Assembly (NCBI RefSeq): GCF_000014785.1
Contig: NC_008340.1
Location: 1,230,001 to 1,262,000 of the forward strand
Origin: Alkalilimnicola ehrlichii MLHE-1
Lineage (GTDB): Bacteria; Pseudomonadota; Gammaproteobacteria; Nitrococcales; Halorhodospiraceae
DNA: 32,000 nt
Direction of reading: 5' to 3'
Notes under the pieces: model-generated
The model's database searches: none
Told to the model about the DNA's origin: nothing
Seen by the model: the letters and a program-made list of their open reading frames with translations, nothing else
Made by a program: the position numbers and the translations under genes
Part shown: piece by piece, positions 9,082 through 16,872 of the stretch
How the letters are laid out: each line of letters begins with the position of its first letter
How positions within the stretch are numbered: position 1 is the stretch's first letter

Positions 9082-9129
9082 TGGCTCCCCGGGACGGGCT
9101 CGAACCGCCGACCCAGTGATTAACAGTCA
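9082..9129 (-). repeat. att direct repeat, copy 1: 48-bp duplicate of the 3-prime part of tRNA-Asn
   Basis: TGGCTCCCCGGGACGGGCTCGAACCGCCGACCCAGTGATTAACAGTCA is identical (48/48) to 18149-18196 inside the intact tRNA. It covers CCA, acceptor 3-prime strand, T arm, variable loop and anticodon loop. Confidence 0.92.
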
Positions 9130-9244
9130 AGCGTTTCTTTCTTTCCCGTCCATTTTTATCACTTGCTCCCTCCCTCCTGGATGCCCGTAAACCCTTGTAC
9201 GGCCTGCATCCAAGGCGTATTATTCTATTCAGGTTAATGCAGTT

Positions 9245-9289
9245 GGGTGCACATCTTGTGACCGCCAGTGTGCACCCAGTTGTGCACCC
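9245..9289. promoter_or_regulatory. Left-arm array of 9-mer TGTGCACCC sites (candidate integrase/excisionase arm-type sites)
   Basis: GGGTGCACA (9245-9253, inverted), then TGTGCACCC at 9269-9277 and 9281-9289 (12-bp spacing). The block ACCGCCAGTGTGCACCCAGTTGTGCACCCA (9261-9290) matches 18061-18090 at 27/30 in the same orientation. Confidence 0.5.
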
Positions 9290-9340
9290 AATCGGCCCAG
9301 TGATTCGGGTTCTGATCTAGTGATTCAGGAGGGCAGGGCG

Positions 9341-10735
9341 ATGGCTCGCAAGGGTATTACGGCCAAGAAACTGGAGGCGCTCCAGGGCAAGCGCCGCAAG
9401 TCGGCCACCAGGGAGTGGGACGGTGACGGTTCAGGGTTCGGGGTGAAGGTGTCGGCAGCCGGGCGGCTGACATTCTTTCAGTTCTACTACTCCCCCGAGG
9501 GCACCACCGATAAAGACGGTAACGACATTACCGGCAAGCGGCGGTTCATGGGGCTGGGTAACTACCCTGAGACAACGCTCGCAGAGGCGCGGGAGAAGGC
9601 GCAGGAGGCGCGAGAGTTGCTAGAGCGGGGCATTGATCCGCAGGAGCACGCCCGAGAGCAGCAGGAGGCGCACAGGCGGGAGAAACGCAAGCGGGCGCAA
9701 CGGGGCACGCTGGCAGGGGTGGCGGCGCTGTACCTGTGGCACATGCGCAAGCGCGGGCGCTCCAGGGAGTACATTACCGCCGTTCGCCGTGGGTTCCACC
9801 GCGACGTGTTCCCGGTGGTGCCCCGTGACACCAAGGCCGGGGACGTGGAGCCGGAGGACGTGCAACTGATCCTGCACCGGCCCCTAAGCCGTGGCGCTGA
9901 CCATACCGCCCGAGTGCTGCGGGCTAACCTGCATCGCGCGTTCAAGTTGGCCATTCAGGCGGATAACGACCCGCGCAACCTGGGCAGTGCCGTTAAGTTC
10001 CGCGTGCGCCACAACCCGGTGGAGGACGTGCCGCTTGAGGTGCACGTTACGCCCGGAGATCGGGAGCTTTCATTTAGCGAGATCGGGCGCGTATGGCGGG
10101 AGGCCGACCACGCGACCCCTTACCCGCAGGATGCGTTGCTGTTGCGCCTGCTGCTGGCGCTGGGCGGCCAGCACATTACCGAGCTGAGGGAAGCACAGTG
10201 GCCCGAGTTCGATTTGCAGGCCGGACAGTGGCACCTGAAAGCCGCCCGGCACAAAAACCGCACCCGCGACCACCTGGTACCAATCAACAGCACCGCCGCC
10301 GAAGTGCTGGAGGAATTGCGGGCGCTGACTGGTGGGCAAGGGTACCTGTTCCCGCAGCTACGCAACGCGCACAAGCCCATGCGAGCCGAGAGGCCGGGCG
10401 CTATCGTTCGCGGTCTGCTGGCGCACCTGGAGGCGCAGGGCGAGCCGATGGAGAAGTTTACGGCCTCAGACTTCCGGCGCACCTGCAAAACGCGGATGCA
10501 CGAGATAGGGATTCCCAAAACCACCACCAACCACCTGCACAACCATGACTTTGGTGGCGTGAGCGCGAAGCACTACGACCGCTACGACTATTGGGGCGAG
10601 AAACAGCGGGCCATGCGGGCATGGGATATTGCGCTGAAAGCCGCCATTGCAGGCGAGCCGGTGCCCGAGGCGCGTTGCCGGGCGGCGCTCCAGTGGGACG
10701 AGAATGGCGGGGCGCGGCTGGAGGTGGTGGGCTAG
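9341..10735 (+). CDS. Tyrosine recombinase, P4-type integrase (N-terminal arm-binding DUF4102-like domain)
   Basis: AGGAGGG RBS 8 nt before the ATG at 9341 (the track start at 9320 is less likely). N-terminus GSGFGVKVSAAGRLTFFQFYYSP...RRFMGLGNYPETTLAEAREKAQEARELLERGIDP matches the P4-integrase arm-domain pattern. The C-terminal catalytic region has DFRRTCKT...LHNH...KHYDRYDY (R, H-x-x-R-like, Tyr). Confidence 0.85.
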   Translation: MARKGITAKKLEALQGKRRKSATREWDGDGSGFGVKVSAAGRLTFFQFYYSPEGTTDKDGNDITGKRRFMGLGNYPETTLAEAREKAQEARELLERGIDPQEHAREQQEAHRREKRKRAQRGTLAGVAALYLWHMRKRGRSREYITAVRRGFHRDVFPVVPRDTKAGDVEPEDVQLILHRPLSRGADHTARVLRANLHRAFKLAIQADNDPRNLGSAVKFRVRHNPVEDVPLEVHVTPGDRELSFSEIGRVWREADHATPYPQDALLLRLLLALGGQHITELREAQWPEFDLQAGQWHLKAARHKNRTRDHLVPINSTAAEVLEELRALTGGQGYLFPQLRNAHKPMRAERPGAIVRGLLAHLEAQGEPMEKFTASDFRRTCKTRMHEIGIPKTTTNHLHNHDFGGVSAKHYDRYDYWGEKQRAMRAWDIALKAAIAGEPVPEARCRAALQWDENGGARLEVVG

Positions 10736-11072
10736 GTCAAAACACAACATCTAGTGGGGGTGTCGCGCTACACCCCTGATATATGGCTAAAATCGGCACT
10801 TGCGCGACCCCCCTCCAGTGCGGTTTAATCAGGTCTGTGCGTGACGGATTGCGCACAAAAAAGCCCGGCCGCTGTTGGAGCAGTGACCGGGCTGGTGGGG
10901 CAAAGCCCCGTTTCTTTCTACCTTTCGTGCTCCACCGTTGGGGGTGGAGTGAGGTCTACCGTTGGAGCGGTAGCCTCATAGGCAGTATAGCCAGAGTTGA
11001 ACACATAGCGCAACACCTGGCCGTATCTTGCCGCCCCCCGCTGGTGGAGCCTCGAACATGAGGTTCTGACCA

Positions 11073-11300
11073 ATGACCGCACAAAACGCGACCGCCTGCC
11101 CTTCCCGCCTGATGAAAAAGCGGGAAGTCATCGACGTTACCGGCCTTTCCGAGTCCACGATCTGGCGACGTGAGCAGGAAGGGCGATTCCCTCCCCGTAT
11201 TCGCCTGGGCCAGCGCATGACCGTCTGGCGTGAGTCGGACGTTCACGAATGGCTTGCCGATCCGGTTGGTTATCAGCAGGCAGGCGGGGAGGGTGCGTAA
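11073..11300 (+). CDS. AlpA-family (prophage CP4-57-type) DNA-binding regulator / excisionase-like protein
   Basis: 75 aa. LMKKREVIDVTGLSESTIWRREQEGRFPPRIRLGQRMTVWRESDVHEWL matches the AlpA/MerR-like winged-HTH pattern. Its stop overlaps the next gene start (TAATG). Confidence 0.75.
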   Translation: MTAQNATACPSRLMKKREVIDVTGLSESTIWRREQEGRFPPRIRLGQRMTVWRESDVHEWLADPVGYQQAGGEGA

Positions 11301-14077
11301 TGCTGACAGAAAAACGAAACCCCGCCGCCGGGGGCGAACCGGCGAACGGGGCGGGCGCACATTGGGATGGCGTGCAACAGAATTATAGCACTGCCGATAG
11401 CACTGCCGATGCCGCCGTTTCACTGTTCACCGCTACGAACCCCTCCCGCCTTTCCAAGCGGTACCATCTGGACCAACAGGGCCAGCTTCTGACCGCCCCC
11501 GGTGGTTCCCTAGTGCGTGGCGAATACCGGCGCATGGAATGCGGGGAGCCGTGGCAACTGGCAACGCTAATTGACGGGTTGCGGCCAGACCAAGCGTTGG
11601 CCTTTGGCGTGGCTAGGGCTGAACGTTCCCCCGTGGCATCCCGCAAGGCCGCAAAAGAAGGGGACATTACCCGCACCCGTGAGCACTTCGATTGGCCCGC
11701 CGCGCCCGGGTGGCTCATGCTCGACTATGACCCTGAGGCGACCGCCAAACCGCTAGACCGGGATGGCCTGTTGTCGGTGCTGCGGGAAGCGTGGCCAGAC
11801 ATCGAGCGTGCCCCGTTGGTGCTGGGTGATAGTGGCAGTTCCCATATCTACCACGCTGATACGGGCGAATGCGTTAAGGGCCGGGGCGGGTTGCGCTGCT
11901 ATGTCCTGGTGGCTGACGCCCGCGACATACCCCGAGCAGGTGAGGTTCTGCATAAGCGCCTATGGCTTGCGGGTCACGGCTTTTACTTGGTGAGCAAGTC
12001 CGGTGCCCTGCTGGAGCGTGGCCCCGTGGATGCCGTGGTGTGGCAGCCCGAGCGCCTGGACTTCGCCGCCGGTGCCGCTTGCATCGCGCCCCTGGAACAA
12101 CGCCGCCCACCGGCAGAGCCGCGCAACAATGACGCCGCGCCCATCGACACCCGCGCAACGCTGCCGGACCTGACAGCCGCAGAGCTGGAGGAACTGGCCG
12201 AGCTGCGCCGACAGGAACGCGAGGCAATGGCGCCAGACCAAGCATTGCAGCGGGAAGAGTGGGTAGAGCAGCGCCTAGACGAAATCCAGCCGAAGGATGT
12301 CGAGGAAGCCCGCGCCCGGCTAACTGATGCGGTGACGAACGGGCGTCTTTACGGTGACTTCGTTTTGCACCACCAAAGCGGCAAGCGCGTGACGGTCGGG
12401 CAAGTGCTGGACGATCCCGACCGCTGGCATGGGCAACGCTTCGCTGATCCGCTGGAACCGGATTACCGGGCGGACAGCCGAATAGCATGGCTGAACCTTC
12501 GCAGTGGTGGCCGCCCCTTCATCTACAGTCATGCCCACGGCGGGGCGCGTTATACGTTGATCCGCGCAAGCGCCACGTTGAAGGCCCAGCCCGGGGAAAT
12601 GCCGCGCATTGTGCGCGAAGCCGACGCCCTTATGGCTGAAGCCGGTGTTGTGTTCCAACGTGGGGGGCAGCTTGTCCGGGTAGTGGAGGACGGTACCCTA
12701 TTCGGGGTGCAACCGCCTTGGTTGCGGACTCACCTGGAGGAAGTAGCCGCATGGCTGAGGTGGGACGGGCGCGCCAAGGATTGGCTACCTGCCGACGCGC
12801 CCGGAGACCTTGCGCCGCGCATCCTGGCCAACCGGGGCGGCTGGAGCGTGCCCGAGCTGACCGGGGTAATTCGCGGGCCGATACTGCGCCCCGATGGCTC
12901 CCTGTTGAACCAGCCCGGCTATGACAAGGCAACCGGCCTGCTGCTGCTAGCAGACCACCCGGACGGCTGGCCAGCCATTCCAGCGCACCCGAGCCGGGAG
13001 CAGGTACGGGCCGCGTTGGCCACCCTTTGGGAGCCTTTCGCGCGCTTCCCTTATGTCGATGACGTGAGCCGAGCGGTTCAACTGGCCGCGTTGCTGACCG
13101 CCGTTCAGCGCCCACTGTTGGAGACCGCGCCCGCCTTCGCCTGGAACGCCTACCGGGCAGGAACGGGCAAGAGCAAGGGCGCGAAGGCTACAGCATGGCT
13201 AGGCGGTTCCGAGCCGGTCGAAAGCCCGTGGTCGGAGCAAGCCGAGGAACAGCGCAAGCGCCTAATGTCCGCGCTGATGGCCGGGCCGTCTAGTCTGCTG
13301 CTAGACAACGTAAGCGGCCCTATGGACTCGGACACGTTATGCGCGGTGTTGACCGCGAGCGAGTTCAGAGACCGCAAGCTAGGCGTATCTGAGGATGTGA
13401 GCGCCCCAACCCGCGTGTTGGTGGCTGCCACGGGTAACAACCTTCGACTAGTGGGCGACCTGTCCCGCCGGGTACTGGTTGCCACCATCGACCACGGAGT
13501 GGAGAACCCGGAGCGCCTGGCCTTCCCCTTTGACCCGGTGGCCCGCGTGCGGGAGCGGTGGTTGCACTACCGCGCCGCCGCCCTAACGGTGCTGCGCGGG
13601 TTTCTCGCTGAGGGCGCCCCAGCCCATGGCCTTGGAACGATGGGCAGCTATGAACAATGGGATGCCCTTATTCGCCAATGCGTGGTCTGGGTCAGGGCCG
13701 AAGGGCTGGCGGGGTTTAGCCTGGCTGACCCTGCCGACGCCGTGGCCCGCAACTACGACAACGACCCGGAAACGCAGAAGCTCCGGGCGCTGGTGGCGGC
13801 ATGGCACGCGCAACACGCCGCCGCGCCCGTGCGGGTCGCCACGCTAATCAGCACAGCCGGGGGCGATGTCGACGGCTGCACCTTCCCGCAATACGACGAA
13901 GGACGGGCGGCGCTGCTGGAGGCCCTGCAAGAGATCGCGGGGGATCGTGGTTATGTGAATCGCCGCCGGTTGGGCCGTTGGATAGAGCGCCACGCCGGGC
14001 GCGTTGTCGATGGCCTGCGCATTGAGAGCGCGGGGGAGGCGTACAAGACCCGGCAATGGCGGGTGGTGCAAGTCTGA
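11300..14077 (+). CDS. Primase/helicase-like replication protein (AEP-like N-terminal motifs + P-loop NTPase)
   Basis: Start ATG at 11300, coupled to the alpA-like stop; the track ORF begins earlier at 11249. N-terminal motifs resemble archaeo-eukaryotic primase signatures: LMLDYDPE (DxD), GDSGSSHIYH (SGxxxH), VDAVVW. The central ILRPDGSLLNQPGYDKATGLLL resembles the D5_N/P4-primase region. P-loop AYRAGTGKSKGA and Walker-B-like SSLLLDNV. The position after int and alpA is as in P4-like/PICI-like elements. Confidence 0.6.
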   Translation: MLTEKRNPAAGGEPANGAGAHWDGVQQNYSTADSTADAAVSLFTATNPSRLSKRYHLDQQGQLLTAPGGSLVRGEYRRMECGEPWQLATLIDGLRPDQALAFGVARAERSPVASRKAAKEGDITRTREHFDWPAAPGWLMLDYDPEATAKPLDRDGLLSVLREAWPDIERAPLVLGDSGSSHIYHADTGECVKGRGGLRCYVLVADARDIPRAGEVLHKRLWLAGHGFYLVSKSGALLERGPVDAVVWQPERLDFAAGAACIAPLEQRRPPAEPRNNDAAPIDTRATLPDLTAAELEELAELRRQEREAMAPDQALQREEWVEQRLDEIQPKDVEEARARLTDAVTNGRLYGDFVLHHQSGKRVTVGQVLDDPDRWHGQRFADPLEPDYRADSRIAWLNLRSGGRPFIYSHAHGGARYTLIRASATLKAQPGEMPRIVREADALMAEAGVVFQRGGQLVRVVEDGTLFGVQPPWLRTHLEEVAAWLRWDGRAKDWLPADAPGDLAPRILANRGGWSVPELTGVIRGPILRPDGSLLNQPGYDKATGLLLLADHPDGWPAIPAHPSREQVRAALATLWEPFARFPYVDDVSRAVQLAALLTAVQRPLLETAPAFAWNAYRAGTGKSKGAKATAWLGGSEPVESPWSEQAEEQRKRLMSALMAGPSSLLLDNVSGPMDSDTLCAVLTASEFRDRKLGVSEDVSAPTRVLVAATGNNLRLVGDLSRRVLVATIDHGVENPERLAFPFDPVARVRERWLHYRAAALTVLRGFLAEGAPAHGLGTMGSYEQWDALIRQCVVWVRAEGLAGFSLADPADAVARNYDNDPETQKLRALVAAWHAQHAAAPVRVATLISTAGGDVDGCTFPQYDEGRAALLEALQEIAGDRGYVNRRRLGRWIERHAGRVVDGLRIESAGEAYKTRQWRVVQV

Positions 14078-14079
14078 GT

Positions 14080-14194
14080 TAGTGGGGGTTTCGGGGGTTT
14101 CTGGGGTTTCTCACAACGATGGGTTCAAAACTGTCAGCGACAGTTCAGACCTATAGAGCGAAACAAACCCCAGAAACCCCACAAACCCCCACTA
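14080..14194. repeat. 30-bp inverted repeat built from three tandem 9-bp GGGGGTTTC iterons per arm (candidate origin of replication)
   Basis: Left arm TAGTGGGGGTTTCGGGGGTTTCTGGGGTTT (14080-14109) pairs with AAACCCCAGAAACCCCACAAACCCCCACTA (14165-14194) at 28/30. The 55-bp spacer is less GC-rich and holds a perfect hairpin AACTGTC-AGC-GACAGTT (14129-14145). The repeat starts 3 bp after the primase-like stop. Confidence 0.8.
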
Positions 14195-14398
14195 GCTACC
14201 GGACCCGAATATAACCTCGCTCAAATCAGGGGCAATTACCCCGGCCTACCCTCCAGCGCCCGCCTTTAAGCCGCCCCTGTGGTGGTGATTGAACCCCGCC
14301 AAGTGATAACTAATCACTCTCGTCAATTCATGTTAATGCAGTTTAATCAATCACTTGTAAAACATTGTCCCGCTAGTACCATAGGGAGTAAGGGTTTT

Positions 14399-14419
14399 AG
14401 GTGCACAAATGGGTGCACA
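14399..14419. promoter_or_regulatory. Two inverted-orientation copies of the 9-mer (AGGTGCACA, GGGTGCACA) upstream of the packaging module
   Basis: 14399-14407 (8/9) and 14411-14419 (9/9), 12-bp spacing, 23 bp upstream of the 14442 ATG and downstream of a possible TTGTAA-N16-TACCAT promoter (14355-14382). Confidence 0.45.
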
Positions 14420-14441
14420 TTAGCGAGAGGTTAGGCGCGAA

Positions 14442-14807
14442 ATGGCGGCCAAGCATCAGGACATTCCAAAGCAATACCGCCCCGGCTGGCTGGAATCGCT
14501 GGACGGTCGTTATGGCCTTGCCCGTGAGCTACGCGCCCGCTTCGATGAAGTCTGTAATGACCTTGGTGGTGCGGATCGCTTGTCTTACATGCAGCGATCC
14601 CTTGTAGAGCGTGGTCTGTGGCTCGAATACTGGCTGGCCCAACAGGAGCAGGCGTTGTCCAAGGGCGGTGACTTCGACGTGGGCAAGTGGGTGCAGGCCG
14701 CTAACAGTCTCCAGGGTATCTACTCCCGCCTTGGTCTGGAGCGCCGTCAACGTGACGTTCCAGACCTTGCGCAATACCTGGCGGCCAAGGCAGGGGAGGC
14801 GGGCTAA
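14442..14807 (+). CDS. Hypothetical protein; putative small terminase subunit by position
   Basis: 121-aa helical protein with high GC3. It lies directly upstream of, and is translationally coupled to (TAATG at 14805-14809), the mini-ORF and TerL. I recognise no diagnostic motif. Confidence 0.45.
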   Translation: MAAKHQDIPKQYRPGWLESLDGRYGLARELRARFDEVCNDLGGADRLSYMQRSLVERGLWLEYWLAQQEQALSKGGDFDVGKWVQAANSLQGIYSRLGLERRQRDVPDLAQYLAAKAGEAG

Positions 14808-15040
14808 TGGTCATCTGTGCCAACTGCCGCCACTACCCCGGTCCCGGCCAGCTATGCGCGGTGGCCAAGCGCCACGCCACGCACCACCGCCGTTCCTGCC
14901 GCTACCACCGGACGGACACCAGCGCCCGCCACGTCGCCACGCTCCGCCGCCTGGCGGTGGATTGGCTCCACCAGGGCGATCACAACCGCTACGCCGTAAC
15001 CCTGGACCTGGCCCACCAGGCACGGGAGGCGATGCGATGA
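14807..15040 (+). CDS. Small Cys4/His-rich protein (possible zinc-ribbon), hypothetical
   Basis: 77 aa, MVICANCRHYPGPGQLCAVAKRHATHHRRSCRYH. Strong G/C third-position bias. Start and stop both overlap the neighbours (TAATG; ATGCGATGA). Confidence 0.45.
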   Translation: MVICANCRHYPGPGQLCAVAKRHATHHRRSCRYHRTDTSARHVATLRRLAVDWLHQGDHNRYAVTLDLAHQAREAMR

Positions 15041-16428
15041 GCGTCACCATCCGCGACGTGATGACCGATCCCGCCCTGTTCGGTGGCCAGTTCGGTGGCG
15101 ACACCTGGGCCGCCTGGCGTGCGCTCCTGAGCGGCTTTTATGGCCTCCCGCTGGACGATGCCGAGGCACAGCACTGGCACGCGCTCACAGACCGCGAGAG
15201 CGCCCCGCAGAGCGCACATGACGAGTTGTGGCTAGTGGTAGGCCGCCGCGGTGGCAAGTCCAATGCAGCGGCCTTGCTGGCGGTCTATGAGGCGTGTTTC
15301 AAAGACCACCGCGATGCCCTGGCACCCGGTGAGGTTGCCACCACCCGCGTCATGGCTGCCGACCGTGCGCAGGCCCGCAGCGTGTTCCGGTATATCTCCG
15401 GTCTGATGCACGCGAATCCGATGCTGGAACGGCTGATCGTGCGCGAGGATCGGGAATCCATAGAGCTGTCCAACCGGGCTGTTATCGAGGTGGGCACGGC
15501 CTCATTCCGCACGACACGCGGCTACACGTTCGCGGCGGTGATTGCCGACGAGGTGGCGTTCTGGCGCTCCGATGACAGCGCGAACCCTGACAGCGAGATC
15601 ATTGCCGCCGTGCGTCCCGGTCTGGCCACGCTGAACGGCAAGCTGATCGCGCTTTCCAGCCCATACGCCCGACGCGGTGAGCTATGGGAAAACTACCGCC
15701 GACACTACGGCAAGGCATCGCCCATCCTGGTGGCGCAGGCTCCCAGCCGCACCATGAATCCCTCATTGCCTGAGCGCGTGGTCACGGAGGCAATGGAGCG
15801 TGACCCGGCCAGTGCGGCGGCGGAGTACCTGGCGGAGTTCAGGACGGACGTGGAGACCTTCCTGCAACGCGAAGTAGTAGAGGCCGCCACGCGGCCCACC
15901 CCGCTGGAGTTGCCCTACAACAAGCGCGTTACCTATACCGCCTTTGTTGATCCGGCAGGTGGTGGCGCGGATGAGTTCACCGCCGCCATCGGCCACCGGG
16001 AAGGGGAGCGCGTGGTCGTGGACGTGCTACGCGCCCGCAAGGGTACGCCTGCCGAGATCGTTGCCGAATACGCCGACCTGCTGAAGTCCTACCGGATCAC
16101 CCGCGCTATCTCGGATCGTTATGCAGGCTCATGGCCTGCCGACGAGTTCAGCCGCCACGGGATCACCGTAGAGCAGGCCGCTAAACCGAAGTCAGACCTT
16201 TATCGGGACATGCTCGCCAGCATGAACAGCGCCCGCGTGGAGCTTCCGCCCGATGATCGGCTGATGACCCAGCTAATCAGCCTGGAGCGCCGCACAGCAC
16301 GCGGTGGCCGGGACAGTATCGACCACGCCCCCGGTGGTCACGATGACAGAGCAAACGCCGTTGCCGGTCTGGTGGCGGCCAACTCACGCGCCCCAGGCGA
16401 ACGGATGCGGGCGCTTTGCACTTGGTAG
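15037..16428 (+). CDS. Phage terminase large subunit
   Basis: The ATG at 15037 overlaps the upstream stop; the track ORF from 14611 has a Pro/Arg-rich, non-protein-like extension. Walker A LVVGRRGGKSNAAALL, Walker B AAVIADEVAFW. The C-terminal RNaseH-like nuclease has acidic residues in FVDPAGGGADEF and GGHDDRANAVAG. Confidence 0.8.
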   Translation: MSVTIRDVMTDPALFGGQFGGDTWAAWRALLSGFYGLPLDDAEAQHWHALTDRESAPQSAHDELWLVVGRRGGKSNAAALLAVYEACFKDHRDALAPGEVATTRVMAADRAQARSVFRYISGLMHANPMLERLIVREDRESIELSNRAVIEVGTASFRTTRGYTFAAVIADEVAFWRSDDSANPDSEIIAAVRPGLATLNGKLIALSSPYARRGELWENYRRHYGKASPILVAQAPSRTMNPSLPERVVTEAMERDPASAAAEYLAEFRTDVETFLQREVVEAATRPTPLELPYNKRVTYTAFVDPAGGGADEFTAAIGHREGERVVVDVLRARKGTPAEIVAEYADLLKSYRITRAISDRYAGSWPADEFSRHGITVEQAAKPKSDLYRDMLASMNSARVELPPDDRLMTQLISLERRTARGGRDSIDHAPGGHDDRANAVAGLVAANSRAPGERMRALCTW

Positions 16429-16446
16429 TACAGCGAGGTAACGACG

Positions 16447-16872
16447 ATGGCAGTTTTCAGAAGTGACAGCCCACAGCATTGGGAACAACCGTCCAGGCCC
16501 ATTAAGGAGTTCTGGAGTTCCGACCTTGAGCCGAAGGCCGACAGCAAGCCCACCCGACGCAAGGCAGACCCGAGCGCGGTGCAACGGCTGATGAACCAGC
16601 GCACCGCCACCCCGAAGGCCGACACCGCTCCGCCGCGCCGTGCTGGCCGGTATGACGCTGGTGCCGAGCGCCGCCGACAGGCCGCCGCGATGGCGGAAAT
16701 CCGCGACCGTCACAAGTCTAGTCGCGGCCTCACCCGCACCGACGCGAAGGCAAAGGCCGCTCCGGTCATGCCAGAGCCGACCACGGACAGCGCTCCGAGT
16801 GGTGGCGGGTATCAGGCGATGGTGGACGCGATCAAGGGCGCACATAAGCGGGGAGGTGATAACAATGGGTAA
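16447..16872 (+). CDS. Hypothetical basic, low-complexity protein
   Basis: 141 aa, rich in Arg/Lys/Ala/Pro, with no recognisable motif. It occupies the position where a portal gene would follow TerL in a phage. It overlaps the next ORF by 8 bp (ATGGGTAA). Confidence 0.4.
   Translation: MAVFRSDSPQHWEQPSRPIKEFWSSDLEPKADSKPTRRKADPSAVQRLMNQRTATPKADTAPPRRAGRYDAGAERRRQAAAMAEIRDRHKSSRGLTRTDAKAKAAPVMPEPTTDSAPSGGGYQAMVDAIKGAHKRGGDNNG

Noticed and set aside
9082-9129. A second tRNA gene
   Set aside because: Only the 3-prime 48 nt are present. There is no D arm or 5-prime acceptor strand, so it is the displaced att copy.
10783-11423. ORFs 10783-11061(+) and 10956-11423(-)
   Set aside because: There is no RBS, and the composition is odd (Trp/Cys/Arg-rich). 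The first lies in a hairpin-dense region and the second is antisense to the alpA-like gene.
14611-15036. 142-codon N-terminal extension of the TerL ORF, and ORF 14401-14607
   Set aside because: The extension is Pro/Arg/Gly-rich and overlaps two better-supported genes in other frames. The TerL start at 15037 is coupled to the upstream stop. ORF 14401-14607 starts inside the 9-mer operator boxes and overlaps the TerS-like gene.
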